A stretch of DNA of 63,905 nt, filler included, from Octopus bimaculoides (taxonomy: Eukaryota): assembly GCF_001194135.2 (NCBI RefSeq). It is 6 parts of 6 records of this genome, joined end to end, with 100 filler letters (N's around TTAATTAATTAA, not from the genome) between each part and the next. Parts side by side here need not be neighbours in the genome. Positions count along the whole stretch, not along the records: positions 1 to 18,111 come from NC_068982.1; positions 18,212 to 44,256 come from NC_068984.1; 4 more parts are not named here. One strand, given 5' to 3'. Every line of letters starts with the position of its first letter. Within the stretch, counting starts at the first letter, position 1. Shown here in pieces: positions 15,050 to 27,372 of this stretch. The translations under genes were made by a program, and so were the position numbers. A model generated the notes under the pieces. That model was not told the origin of the DNA and ran no database searches. It saw only the letters and a program-made list of their open reading frames with translations.

Positions 15050-16150
15050 ACATTATTTAAATTTAGCTACTTCAAGTTTTCGGGTCTCCTCAGGCATAAG
15101 GGTTATGTAAACCTAATTGAATGAATTTTCATAATATCAGAAAGCCTAGAACCGAAAGATAAAAAGAGAAGAAATTAGTAAATGAACGACGAAAATTGGA
15201 ACGTATTATCTTAGTTTATTACATCCGTTATTAAAATATCACTTCCATTAGCATTACAATGGATACATTGTTAGGCAGTGTGCTGCTATCATCGGTATAC
15301 TAGGCAGTTATAAGAGAATATTTCAAGGAAGAACTTCTTAAGGAAGTATTGTCGGTAGGATAATTTCTTGGTGAATCGTATTACCGCAATAATGTTGAAT
15401 GGAGATGGTCAATAAATTAATGTGACACTTGCTTTGTACTATGTATTTCGGATACAATATATTAGCTGAAATTTTAGAAGTGAATAATTGTCAGCGTCTT
15501 TAGAATGTGTCCGTATGAGTTATATATCTATTTTAGAAATTCCCTAACAGATATGTTTAGCCAAATATTATTGAAAAAGTTTCTGAGAAACATTTAAAAT
15601 AAGTACTGAGATAGTGATTGGATGGACAGGTCAACAAATATTTCTCTGATTTTGAAAGCTACTTAGTATATCCATCCAATTCCTTTCAATATGTCCATCT
15701 CTGCTTCCTTTATTCTCGTTGTATATTACTTGAAATTCCGTACCAAAACATAAACTCAATTTCCCCATCAACTTCAACAGATAATACATAGGTCTAGACC
15801 TAACACAATACAGCATATATGTTCTACTACCTGCAAACAGCTACTAATATTGCAAATGAATATTAAATTCCAACCGTTTTAGAAAGATACACTTCAGATT
15901 CTATTACCCATGCTTTCCTGTAGTAGTTTCATGATATCCGTTTTAGGTAAAATGACAAGATTTATAGAGAATTCTATTTACTTGAGTTGGGTATATTCTG
16001 TTCTGACTTAGGAACGTTCAATATTTCCACCCAAATTATACATAAGATATTAAAACATGCTCTCTTGCAGACATGCAACAAAGTAGATATCACGTCGTGC
16101 GTTAAATCACACAGCAATAGAGTTATATTCTATAACTGCACATACCCATT
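15050..16150 (-). mobile_element. Decayed Penelope-like element (RT, thumb and GIY-YIG remnants)
   Basis: Minus strand: FT*NGY...G(K)AMG...IFLKRLE (~15870-15950; cf. FNG..Y.Q..G.AMG...N.FM..LE), a degenerate RYVDDI-like stretch (~15820), GHIE...PVHP (~15625-15700) and LIYCIR (~15450). Confidence 0.5.
15063..15099 (-). ncRNA. Degenerate minimal type-I hammerhead-like motif
   Basis: Minus strand reads TTATGC CTGAGGA GACCC GAAAA CTTGAAG TA GCTAA; core boxes are present, with one extra A after GAAA and a bulged stem I. Confidence 0.35.
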
Positions 16151-16369
16151 TCTATATATATGTGTATATCCATTTCAAATGAAGTGTTAACGAATTTCTA
16201 GAGCCATATAATCACAAATACATCTCAGAATAATACCATAATACCTGCTACAACAGATCACTACCAACATTATATAGTTCAGATATAAATTATACCGCAC
16301 CTTCACTTTTTTAATTTCATATCAAAAGAAATGTTTTAATGGAAATGTGTCCATTAGCCGTAACTCCCA

Positions 16370-17735
16370 TATATGATATTGTTTTATGGTGGTGTTATTT
16401 TAACTAAAATCACTGAATGTCTTTACGTTCTTCAGTAACAAACATTTGAATTATATTCTGACAAAATTACTGTAGTGTCGCGCCCATTCAAACGCATCCC
16501 GACAACGCGCATTATCTAAATCTTTTTGGATATAAGGTTTGATGAATTTCATGGGAATGCGTGTTTCCTCGACGACTTCCATGTTGCAGCTCGCTGTAGA
16601 TTATAGGTTTCGCATTTGGGCTATCATCCGAGTGGTACATGCGGACCACAAATCCAATTATTTGTTTGGTCAAAGGTGTTTTGTTTTTGTTTTGTTTTTT
16701 CATCGAAAATAACACGTAAGTTTTAAGCTCAAATCCATTTCTCCAGTCAAGGATAAAATTACCGTGTCGTTCATGTAGCTTCCGCCATCTTCTGGAGAGA
16801 TTTATTATTCTCTCCCCAAAGAATTTCCTCACTTTACAGGCGAAAAACTCTTCCCAGTGATTTTGTTTTTTACATCTTCATGGTGTATAAAGGTTGTTGT
16901 GATTCGTGCGAATTTAGAAGGTGCAGCTAAAGTTCGCAGAAGAGTGCGTTCTGGCATTGTCGTTAGGAAATACACTATCCTTACAATTAGCAATTGCTGG
17001 AACATTCATGTGTATTGCTGCATTTAATTTTCCAGCATGTGACAGTACACAACTGTATTGATTGTCATGTTCGTTGGAAGGAGCTCCAAGAATACAACAT
17101 CCGTCCATTATGACCAAACTGAAAACATAACCATATTTGAAGTACCGCGTTGTAGGTTGTTTGTATTGGTTCGCTATGCTTCCTGCATGATCGTGTGTGC
17201 TTCAAATTATAGACAAGCTATTTATTCGTCTTCTGTTCCCCATTCACTCTAAAGAAGGATCATTTTCTTCAGATATCTGCAGGTTATTCTCATCAAACTA
17301 ATAAGGAAATCAAACATCTACCTGATGACATAACCAATGTAACGGGAGTTGGTATAGACTTACGACTTCATTTTATCGTTGTTAATCACATATGGATGAC
17401 CAGTGTGAGGTGTACAGTGAATTAAAAAAATTCCCGATCGAAATCTAGAAAATTTCTTCTGGCACCTACGTTCCATAGGAGCATCTTCTGCGAAGTCCAT
17501 ATCTTCCAAAAGGTTTCGCCGCAATTTTGCCTATCAATAATATTACTCTTGATTCTCCACTTCCAGGGACGAACTCGATTAAAGTATGAAATATCTCACG
17601 AGTGCTTATGCGCAAGGAAATGTTAACCACATATTAAGGCGCTTGAAGTGCGATTCTAGGAAGGATATAACGTGAATATATATTGTCATTTAAAAGAGTA
17701 TTGAATGTGTTAACTTTGCTCACGTAATCATATAT
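16370..17735 (-). mobile_element. Near full-length decayed mariner transposon (transposase pseudogene)
   Basis: Minus strand, in order: ERRCQKKFSRFRSG, VMFSVW, VFPNDNARTH, HSDDSPNAKP (HPPYSPD-like), IINLSRRWRKLHERHGNF. TIRs not resolved. Confidence 0.8.
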
Positions 17736-18068
17736 AGGTTTTTCAAGATTACAATATCCAAGTTATGTCTTCCATTTTACGACAGTGTGACATAACAGAT
17801 GTAGCATTACCATTATTTCAACCTACAGGATCGAAATATTCCTGATTTTGCAAACGTGACCAAAGCGGAAAAAATGTTCTAAATGAACTATCAAAACATC
17901 GCAAATACAGCTCCAAATTCCTATACTTTTAGAAGAGGTTAGGTAAGAATATCGCAATAAGTGTTGAACCATCTGCAAAGCACGAATACTTTTATTACTG
18001 CTTCTTCGAAAAGCTTCGCAGTATGTCGTAGTAAATGAACTTTGCTCATGAAGAAAAAATCATTTAGT

Positions 18069-18111
<43 letters not shown>

Positions 18112-18210
18112 NNNNNNNNNNNNNNNNNNNNNNNNNNNNNNNNNNNNNNNNNNNNTTAATTAATTAANNNNNNNNNNNNNNNNNNNNNNNNNNNNNNNNN
18201 NNNNNNNNNN
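18112..18210. other. Assembly gap of ~100 bp with TTAATTAATTAA spacer (18156-18167); same construct at 44301, 58398, 60827 and 62570
   Basis: Identical 12-mer centred in ~44 N + ~44 N five times; it has stop codons in all six frames. Confidence 0.95.
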
Positions 18211-18437
18211 NATGTATTTGTGTGTCTGTGTTTGTCCCCCCCCCCATCACCACCACCACCATCGTTTGACAACCAATGTTGGTGTGTTTAAGTTCCTGTA
18301 ACATGGCAGTTCAGCAAAAGAGACCGATAGAATAAGTACTAGGCTTACAAAGAATAAGTCCTGGGATCGATTTGTTTGATTAAAGGCGGTGCTCCAGCAT
18401 GGCCACAGTCAAATGACTGAAACAAGTAAAAGAATAA
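18211..18437 (+). mobile_element. Family-A SINE, 3' half
   Basis: TGTGTCTGTGTTTGTCCCC...AGAATAAGTACTAGGCTTACAAAG...CCAGCATGGCCACAGTCAAATGACTGAAACAAG, matching many other copies. Confidence 0.9.
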
Positions 18438-18669
18438 GCTGTTTCCATTGCTTCCATTGTTTTAATTCTTCTATATCCTTTTTGTTTCAGCCAATACTTT
18501 CTTTGGATTTCTTCATGGAATCTTGTTTATATCTTACCCCCATTGCTAAGAATCTCTAGCCTCGCAAGATTTTTTGCAACTAGTTTACCTGTCCCTGCAG
18601 TCACCTTTCCCACCATGGTTCTCCTTCCGTCTTTTGAGATTTTGATATTTTCACTCTGAGTTGCCAAGA

Positions 18670-19047
18670 GCACCGTTCGAGCGTGATCATTACCAGCGTC
18701 ACCTTCCTGGCACTTGTGCCGGTGGCACGTGAAAAGCCGTTCAAGCGAAGTCGTTGCCAGTGCAGCTGGACTGACTCCTGTGCAGGTGGCACGTAAAAAA
18801 ACACCATTTTGAGCATGGTCATTGCCAGTACCTCCTGACTGGCCTTCATGCCGGTGGCACGTAAAAGCACCCACTACACTCTCGGAGTGGTTGGCGTTAG
18901 GAAGGGCATCCAGCTGTAGAAACTCTTCCAAATTAGATTGGAGCCTGGCGTAGCCATCTGGCTCGCCAGTCCTCAGTCAAATCGTCCAACCCATGCTAGC
19001 ATGGAAAGCGGACATTAAACGATGATGATGATGATGATGATGATGAG
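18670..19047 (+). mobile_element. Family-D retroposon segment (GTGCC-N3-GGCAC units, AGGAAGGGCATCCAGCTGTAGAAAC, (GAT)n tail)
   Basis: Near-identical to copies at 19215, 30245, 40190 and 62660. Confidence 0.9.
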
Positions 19048-19214
19048 TCTTTCCCACTGTTGCAGTGTACAGTAAGCGGTTGCTCATGGTGATGTCATTA
19101 CTTCCTCTATTGTCCGAGACTCGGTCATCTATCTGTATCGTTTTCCTTATTTTGATCTTTGTAATTTTTTTTTTATTAGTGATATCCTTTTTCTTTCAAC
19201 TGGATCATAATCAT

Positions 19215-19440
19215 GGCTGGTGCCAGCGTCCCGTCAATGGTACCTGTGCCAGTGGCATATAAAAAGCACCCACTACACGCTTGGAGTGTTTGGTGTTAAG
19301 AAGGGCATCCAGCCGTAGAAACCTTGCCAAATGAGACTGGAACCTGTTGCAACTCCCTGGTTGACAAGTAGTTTTCAATCAAACCGTCCAACCCATGCCA
19401 GCACAGGAAGCAGACGTTAAATGATGATGATGATGATGAT
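19215..19440 (+). mobile_element. Family-D segment
   Basis: AAGAAGGGCATCCAGCCGTAGAAAC...CAGACGTTAAATGATGATG. Confidence 0.85.
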
Positions 19441-20080
19441 GGCTGGGTAATAATCATGTAATCTACCAGCAATAACCAACACTTCATCAGAAAAGGTATG
19501 TTCTGGTCCCTCATATGCTCAGTTTAGGGGGTTTCTTAATATGGGAGTTTCTGAACCTCCATATTTTCCAAATGAATATTGAAAGCATGAAAACCCTGCT
19601 ATCAGGTCATCATGTCAGACTGCTTGCGAGCAACATCAAAGCTTTCACACCATCTGTTTATGAGATTATCCTGTATATTCTGCCCTTCGTGAATTGCTCG
19701 TTTGACACAGATTTTTTTCCCAATCAACAAACATTCACCTGGAGTAGCCACATATTCTGCCAGGAGCTGGAGTGGACAGGGGTGGGTACTTACATAATTA
19801 ATGACCGTTAGGAGACAAAGCAGCTCTTGTGTCGTTGTTATTGACATCTATTGTTAATGAGATGGAAACCACAAAAGGTAAAAACCTCAAACAATACAAA
19901 CACTTGTCAAGGTGTGTAAAATAACAAAAAGAGAGAAGACAAATGCATTTATGCAGGTGTCTACACCATTCTCAGATTAATATATTCTTTTCTTTATTCG
20001 TTTTCTGCTTTCAGTCATAGACTGTGGTGGCCATGCTGGGATAATGCTTTCAAGGTTTTTACCCTGTTTGAAATCAGCTA

Positions 20081-21246
20081 CAAGATGCATTCCAGAAGTT
20101 TCGAGACTTTTTCAGGAGAGATATCATTATAAAATGTTCAGGGTCCTTGTCACAGCTTCCTTCATTTTTTCAGTGTCTTTGAAATAACTACTTCTTAGGC
20201 TCCTCTTCAGCTTGAGGGACAGTTAAAAGCCACAGGGAGCAAGGTCTGGACTGTAAGGAGGACAAGGGACAATTTTGATGTCCATCTCTGTCAAGTAGTT
20301 TGTGACAAGGATAGTCTTTTACTCTTATTTGTTTCAGTCTTTTGACTGCGGCCATGCTGGAGCACTGCCTTTAGTCAAGCAAATCGACCCCAGGACTTAT
20401 TCTTTGGAAGCCTAGTACTTATTCTATCAGTCTCTTTTGCTGAACCGCTAAGTTACGGGGACGTAAACACACCAGCATCGGTTGTCAAGCGATGCTGGGG
20501 GGACAAACACAGACACGCAAACATATACACACACACATATATATACATATATACGACGGGCTTCTTTCAGTTTTCCATTTACCAAATCTACTCACAAGGC
20601 TTTGGTTGGCTCGAGACTATAGTAGAAGACACTTGCCCAAGGTGCCACGCAGTGGGATTGAACCCAGAACCATGTGGTTGGTAAGCAAGCTACTTATCAC
20701 ACAGCCACTCCTGCGCATTTTGGGACATTCTTTTATTTTTTTACTTGTTTCAGTCATTTGACTGTGACCATGCTGGAGCACCGCCTTTAGTCGAACAAAT
20801 CGACACCAGGACTTATTCTTTGTAAGCCTAGTACTTATTCTATCAGTGACTTTTGCCGAACCACTAATGTTACGGGGACGTAAACACACGAGCATCGGTT
20901 GTCAAGCGATGTTGAGGGGGACAAACACAGACACTCAAACACACACACACACACACATACAATGGGCTTCTTTCAGTTTCTTTCTACCAAATCCACTTAC
21001 AAAACTTTGGTTGTCCTGAGGCTATAGTAGAAGACACTTGCCCAAGGTGCCACGCTGGAGTGGATTAATTATATTTTAGGTAATTTCAATGGGGAAAATT
21101 GATTTATAAAATGAGTAAATCATAAGACGAGTTCAGTCATGGAACGAATTAAACTGGCACTGCGAGGCATCACTGTATTTCCTTAACCTAGGACGGTTCT
21201 AACTGCCTCTCCTAAAAAAGTTTCAAAACTTCTGGAATGCACCTCG
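20081..21246 (-). mobile_element. Internally deleted mariner interrupted by two family-A SINEs
   Basis: TA|CAAGATGCATTCCAGAAGTTTCGAGACTTTT ... AAAAGTTTCAAAACTTCTGGAATGCACCTCG|TA; minus strand encodes PPYSPDLAPCGF at ~20230-20270. Confidence 0.85.
20320..21056 (-). mobile_element. Two tandem family-A tRNA-derived SINEs (~20320-20716 full length; ~20735-21056 5'-truncated)
   Basis: Head on minus strand: AGTGGCTGTG..GTAAG (A-box-like)...GGGTTCAATCCC (B-box-like)...CCTTGGGCAAGTGTC; internal CA/TA microsatellite; tail CAGTCAAAAGACTGAAACA. Confidence 0.9.
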
Positions 21247-22189
21247 TATTTATGTTAATGACCATTATTTATCAAAGGCTGTTTTACTTTCTGGCAGAAA
21301 GGGCTGCAGCTTGAAACGCTGTGTTACAATGGCACACGCAAATACTGGCACACACTCATTCGTGCATGCACACATGCACACACACTCAAACAAATGTCAA
21401 ACTGCTGTTGGAGTGACAACGTAAAGAGCAATAACTATTTATGAAATATCTTAAACTGTTTATGTGTTTTACTCAACAAACTAAATATTATCCAGGTTGT
21501 CCATAAATTACCTTTACTGCAACTTCCACAGTTTATTGTCATTAGTTGTGTGCAACCAATGGAGCCCACATGGTGGTGGTGGTAGTGGAGGTGGTGNNNN
21601 NNNNNNNNNNNNNNNNNNNNNNNNNNNNNNNNNNNNNNNNNNNNNNNNNNNNNNNNNNNNNNNNNNNNNNNNNNNNNNNNNNNNNNNNNNNNNNNNNNNN
21701 NNNNNNNNNNNNNNNNNNNNNNNNNNNNNNNNNNNNNNNNNNNNNNNNNNNNNNNNNNNNNNNNNNNNNNNNNNNNNNNNNNNNNNNNNNNNNNNNNNNN
21801 NNNNNNNNNNNNNNNNNNNNNNNNNNNNGTGGTGGTGGTGGTGGTGATGATGGTGATGATAATGAAGATGGTGATGATGATGATGATGATTCAGAAATGA
21901 GACTAAATCAAACAAAATGGACGCCTGTCTCACTTTAAAGTCGAAACTGGAAAGAAACTCTTTTGTTTTATTAATTCCTGCATGAAATTTCTTAATCTTC
22001 AGCAATAAAGAATTCCATTATAGTTTGATGAAAACAGATGGAAAAATCATTTGTGACAGAAATAATGAGTCTAATTAAGCAAAAGTAACCTATGGGGTAC
22101 AGGTATGGCAGTGTGGTTAAGCAGTTTATTTTGGGATTGCAAATAGTTGCAGGTTTGATGTCACTGAGTAACATTTTTGGTAGATATGA

Positions 22190-22640
22190 TGGTTCACAGA
22201 CAGGATGCTGAATGCACTTTTGTCGAAGGACAGGAAGCTGAAGTCAAGGAGCCGAACAGACACAACGCCAAACGGATATAAAGTCAAACGGACAAGATGC
22301 CGACATATGAAAATTGAAATTTAATCTCGTTAAATCTTAAGTGCCAAATTAGTGAATTGATCATTACACTATGTAAGTAGGAAGGATTTTTTTATTATTG
22401 TATCCGGTCAGTTTTATATCCATTCGGCATTGAGTTCATTCGGCATTGAGTTCATTCGGCTTTTTGTCCATTCGACATTGTGTCCATTCAGCACTGTGTC
22501 CATTTGGCATTGTGACCATTCAGCATTGTGTCCATTCGGCTTTATGTCCATTCAGCATTGTGTCCATTCAGCACTGTGTCCATTTGTCATCATGTCCATT
22601 CGGCTTTATGTCCATTTGGCATCGTGTCCATTGTGTCCAG
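22190..22640. mobile_element. Foldback-like non-autonomous element with inverted subterminal 16-bp arrays
   Basis: ~13 copies of CATTCRGCATTGTGTC at 22431-22640; degenerate reverse-complement units (GACACAACGCCAAACG, GATATAAAGTCAAACG, GACAAGATGCCGA) at ~22203-22305. Confidence 0.6.
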
Positions 22641-22680
22641 TAAAGAAATAAGAAATTAAGAAGATTTAGAAAACGTGCGA

Positions 22681-22998
22681 TAAAAGACCTCTTTCGGTCA
22701 TGAATGACCATGGGATTGCACCTAGAAAGTTCCCCTCCAAAGCACAGGCAAGGTAGTTTATAGAAGACCAGCAGTCACCCATGCATACCAGCCACTGAGC
22801 ATCCACGCCACTGATGCTATCCAAAGGGGCCAATACAGCTTGGTACCAGTGATGTCGCAACTCATTTCTACAGATGAGTGAACTGGCTCAATGTGAAATA
22901 AAGTGTCTTGCTCAAGGACACACTACACACAGCCCAGTCTGGGAACCGAACTCACTACCTCATGATTGTGAGCCTGATGCTCTAACCACTGAGCCATA
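22681..22998 (-). mobile_element. Family-B tRNA-derived SINE (CTTGAGCAAGACAC...TTTCAC core; ...GACCGAAAGAGGTC tail)
   Basis: tRNA-like head ATGGCTCAGTGGTTAGAGC...GTTCGGTTCCC on minus strand; same subfamily at 37240-37555. Confidence 0.85.
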
Positions 22999-23409
22999 AA
23001 GCACAAGAAAAAACCCCTCCAGAAAAGTAAACAGTAAAAGTACCATAAAGAGGAAAGGTTGCACAGGCACATTAGGGATGTTGGTAGGAATTTTCAGGGG
23101 ACATGGAATTTATGAAGGATACAGTGCCTTGACAGCTATCAAATGATGCAAGTTGTGATTTGCAGATCATTTTATAGAGATTAAGTCCTGTTTTGAACCG
23201 TGTGCCACATCAGGTTAATGCTTGTCTCAGCTTTCAATAAAGTGATACAAATGGAAAGCAAATTTCATTCTTTGGATTATTTTCAGAATAAATCTCTGGT
23301 GGAGCTGCCAGCTATTTACAAGTAAGCCGATCATCATCATCATCATCGTCATCATCATCATCGTCATCGTCATCGTCATCACCATCACCATCACCATCAC
23401 CATCATCAT

Positions 23410-23990
23410 CATCATCATCGTCGTTTAACATCCGCCTTCCATGCTAGTATGGGTGGGACGGTTTCACAAGAGCTAACCAGGCAGAAGACTGCACCAGACT
23501 TCTTTGACTGTTTTGGCGGAATCTTTACATGTGTGTGCACACACGCGTGTGTATGTGTGTATGCGTGTGTGTGTGTGTGTCTTTGTGTCTATGTTTGTCC
23601 CCCACCACCACCACCACTGCTTGATGACTGGTGTTGGTGTGGTGATCATCATCCTCATCATCATCATTTAACGTCCGTTTTCCATGCTGGCATGGGTTGG
23701 ACGGTTTGACTGGGGACTGGCAAGCCAGGAGGCTGCACCAGGCCCCAATCTGATCTGGCAAAGTTTCTACAGCTGGATGCCCTTCCTGACGCCAACCACT
23801 CCGAGAGTGTAGTGGGTACTCTTTACATGCATCAACCATTCAGATGGTGGTTTTTATGTGCCATTGGCACGGCGAGCCAGTCAGGCAGCACTGGCAATGA
23901 CCCACGTATGAATGGTGCTTATTGCATGCCACCAGCATGAGAGCCAGTCACGCGGCACTGGTATCGGTCACAACTACAATTTGATTTTTG
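23410..23990 (-). mobile_element. Family-D segments with an intervening family-A fragment
   Basis: CATCATCGTCGTTTAACATCCGC... and CTACAGCTGGATGCCCTTCC. Confidence 0.8.
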
Positions 23991-24019
23991 ATTTTGATTT
24001 TGATTTTTATGTGGGACTT

Positions 24020-24475
24020 ATTTCATTGACCCCCAAAAGGATGAAAGACAAAGTCAACCCCAGGAGCATTTGAACTTAGAATCTAAAGATGAACGAAATG
24101 ACACTAAGTGTTTTACCTAGCATGCTAATGAATCTGCCCAGATTTTGACACAAAGGCCAGCAATTTCAGGGAACGAGGAAGTCGATTATATCAACCCCAG
24201 TATATGACTGGTATTTATTTTTATCAACCCTGAAGTAATGAAAGGCAAAGTTGATCTTGGCAGGTCTTGGATTCAGAATAAAAGACAGACGAAATGCTAA
24301 AAACATTTTTGTCTGGCATGCTAACAAAAATAATAATAATAATCCTTTCTACTATATGCACAAGGCCTGAAATTTGTGAGGAGGGGACTAATCAATTACA
24401 TCGACCCCAGTATTTCACTGGTACTTAATTAATCGACCCCAAAACTCTTCCAGCTTGCTGCCTTGTTATTTATTT
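24020..24475 (-). mobile_element. Cluster of three partial family-C SINEs in the same orientation
   Basis: GATGAAAGRCAAAGT...TTTGAACTTAGAA at ~24040 and ~24235; (AAT)n-CCTTTCTACTA tail at ~24330. Confidence 0.8.
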
Positions 24476-24781
24476 CTGCGCCCTTTTAAAGCCTAGCCAG
24501 GCTCATGGGCCCGGTTTCCTGGTTTCTATGGCGTATGTGTTCCCCACAGCTGGACGGGACGCCAGTCCATCGCAGCTTTACTCAAGAAACAGGAAGAAAG
24601 AATGAGAGAAAGTTGTGGCGAAAGAGTACAACATGGGTCACCACCACCCCCTGCTGGAGCCTCAAGGAGCTTTAAGTATTTTCACTCAATAAACACACAC
24701 AACGCCTGATGTGGGAATCGAAACCGCGATTCTCCAAACGCAAGACCGCTGCCCTAACTACTGGGCCATTGCGCCTCCACA
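24476..24781 (-). mobile_element. Family-B-related tRNA-derived SINE (possibly octopus OR-type)
   Basis: Reverse complement of the copy at 28132; head GGCGCAATGGCCCAGTAGTTAGGGCAGCGG...GGTTTCGATTCCC. Confidence 0.85.
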
Positions 24782-25944
24782 GCTCGCCGCCTTACAGAAA
24801 TAATAATAATCGTTAACTTAGAAAACACTTTTACAAACAAGGCATCTTTTGTAATCAGTCCAAGAAAGAAAATGTAGTAACCTTGACTCGTTTCCCTTTT
24901 GTAAAGTGGTATTTTTACATGAGAAAAAAAAAATAGAAAAATGCTAATTGGATTTCTTTATTTAATGTATTTAATTACTTAGGCATTCACATATATAATT
25001 ACACTGTCTAGCTATTATTATTACATGTGAGAAGGATCTGGAAATAAAATTATTCCAATTCAGCTCTAATTAGAAATTGTGTGAATGTCTCAGCAACACA
25101 GATTTCTGTTGGTAACGAGTTTGGTGACTTAAAAATCCTTGCTGTGTTTCTAAAAATACTCAAATTTTTGATTTAATGCTGCAAAAGTTTTTTAAAGATC
25201 TTCTCTGTGTTAATTTACAAAACACAAGGGAACATTCATAATGTTCTTTAATTCTAGCTGCAATTAAAGTAAGACATGTAATATTACATGTGTTTTACTT
25301 ACAGCATTTTAACAGAGTAAACCGTAGTAGTTCTTAAGGGAAATACTTATGTGCGCAGTGGCGGATTGGCCAGGTTACCAGCTTTCCTGATGGCAAGTGG
25401 GCCCCTGCACCATTAGAATCCATATATGGGACCGCATGTTAGTATCCAAGGGGCCCATCCCCCTCAAGTTTGATAATTTTTTATAGCACATGGGTCAGTC
25501 AGGGGGCACTGGCATTGGCCATGTTCAAATGGTGATTCTTATGTGCCACCAGCACAGGAGCCAGTTAGGTAGGCCTGGTATCAATCACATGTGTGTGGAA
25601 GTGTTTGTGTGTGTGTGTATGTGTATATTTTTTGCTGATGTGTATCAGTGAAGTATAAACATTGACATCAAAACCAAATGAATGATATTTTTCAAAGTCC
25701 CTTGTAATATTTGTTCTACAGTGTTTCATAATTACTTCCTTGTCAGTCTCAGTATCAGAAAGCAAGAGCCAACCTCTGCAATGGTTGACGATCGTTAACA
25801 AGATGAGTTGCTATGGATCACACTATCACAAAGTGAGTATACATTTGACTGGAGACCACATGTGAACTTGTATTCCCATGGAAACTTCAAGCATGAACTT
25901 TAGACCTCAACAGCAAATTACAATAACAGCAACAGTGACCATAA

Positions 25945-26575
25945 TGGAGGTGCCTGGCTTAGTGGCTAGGGCAGTGTTTCTCAACCTTTTTACCCTTGTG
26001 TAACCCTTAAAATAAATTACATATCTCAAGGATCCCCTGCACAAAAAAAAAAAAATGATATGCCATATATTCCTCATATTTTTATGAGTTCAAATTCCAC
26101 TGAGGTTGACTTTGCCTTTCATCCTTTCAGGGATCAATAAATTAAGTGCCAGTTGCATACTGGGGTCGATGTAATCAACTGACTCCCTCCCCCACAAAGA
26201 AAAAATATTATAATAACTAATAATATGTTGTGCATGTATAGTGATATTACGATTATGAAATTAGCATTAACTTATCTCACTCTTTCTCACAGAACCTCAA
26301 GGGACCTTTCGCAGGACTCTGGTGTTCCAGGGAACCCCGATTGAGAAACGCAGTGTTAGGGTGCTAGACTCGTGATTGTAAAATTGTAGTTTCAATTTCT
26401 GGACTGAGCGACGTATTGTGTTCTTGAGCAAAACACTTCATTTCACATTACTGCATTCAACCCAGCAAGCAAAAATGAGTAACCCTGCAAGGGATTGGCA
26501 TCCCATCCAGGAGGGGAATACATTTGCCATGGAAACCAGGAAACTGGCCCTTGTGAGTCAGTATGACTCATAAGG
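25945..26575 (+). mobile_element. Family-B SINE split by a hAT-like MITE
   Basis: Head GGAGGTGCCTGGCTTAGTGGCTAGGG resumes as TGTTAGGGTGCTAGACTCGTGA... at 26354; core TTCTTGAGCAAAACACTTCATTTCAC. Confidence 0.75.
25972..26353. mobile_element. hAT (Charlie-like) MITE containing a family-C SINE fragment (~26085-26195)
   Basis: CAGTGTTTCTCAAC ... ATTGAGAAACGCAG termini; degenerate 8-bp TSD GGCTAGGG/TGTTAGGG. Confidence 0.7.
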
Positions 26576-26756
26576 GTCACTTTACCAACAGCACCCAGGC
26601 CACCCAATGCATTTGCTCTCCCGGTCACCATCTCAGCCTTGACATCAGGTATGGTCAGCATTCCTGAGGGACATAGTGAACACATTGATCGGAACCAGCT
26701 CAACTCACCCTTGCAGATGCCACCACAAGTACAATTAATTAATAAGGGCTCAGTGA

Positions 26757-26990
26757 AGGCGGCGAGCTCACAGAGTCGTTAACAGGCCAGGCAAATGCTT
26801 AACGGTATTTCATCTGCCGTTACATTCTGAGTTCAAATTCCGCCGAGGTCGACTTTGCCTTTCATCCTTCCGGGGTCAATAAATTAAGTACTAGTTACAC
26901 ACTGGGGTCGATGTAATTGACTTAATCCCTTTGTATGTCCTTGTTTGTCCCCTCTATGTTTAGCCCCTTGTGGGCAATAAAGAAATAAGG
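26757..26990 (+). mobile_element. Full-length family-C SINE with the Tx1-like tail
   Basis: GGCGGCGAGCT...TTCTGAGTTCAAATTCCGCCGAGGTCGACTTTGCCTTTCATCC...GCCCCTTGTGGGCAATAAAGAAATAA. Confidence 0.9.
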
Positions 26991-27320
26991 GCTCAGTTAA
27001 TGAAGGTATTCTAGGTATTTCCATGAAGTGCTACAGCACAGCTATGTGTTAACCAATTCATATGATAACTCATTAGGAGCTAAGTTGAGTGAAGCTACTC
27101 AACATAGAATCATTTAGCACAGAAGTCAATTTAGAAAACTAAGAATATTCTACGGCTTTAGTTAGTCATTTCTGAACGCCATTCCACTCCAAGAAGCAAT
27201 GAAGAGATTCTATCACTGATTGCTTGTGAAAATGGAAAATTGATTTTCATATCGCAATCTTAGTTTCAAATAATAACAATGATTTGAACATATGTGTGCA
27301 GAAGCATACATAAATATGTA

Positions 27321-27372
<52 letters not shown>

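Noticed and set aside
19515-19847. Overlapping 81-98 aa ORFs in unique sequence
   Set aside because: No recognisable domain or convincing splice context on either strand.
21292-21325. CTGGCAGAAAGGGCTGCAGCTTGAAACG hammerhead-like string
   Set aside because: Core box not intact and stems I and III absent; equally explicable as chance.
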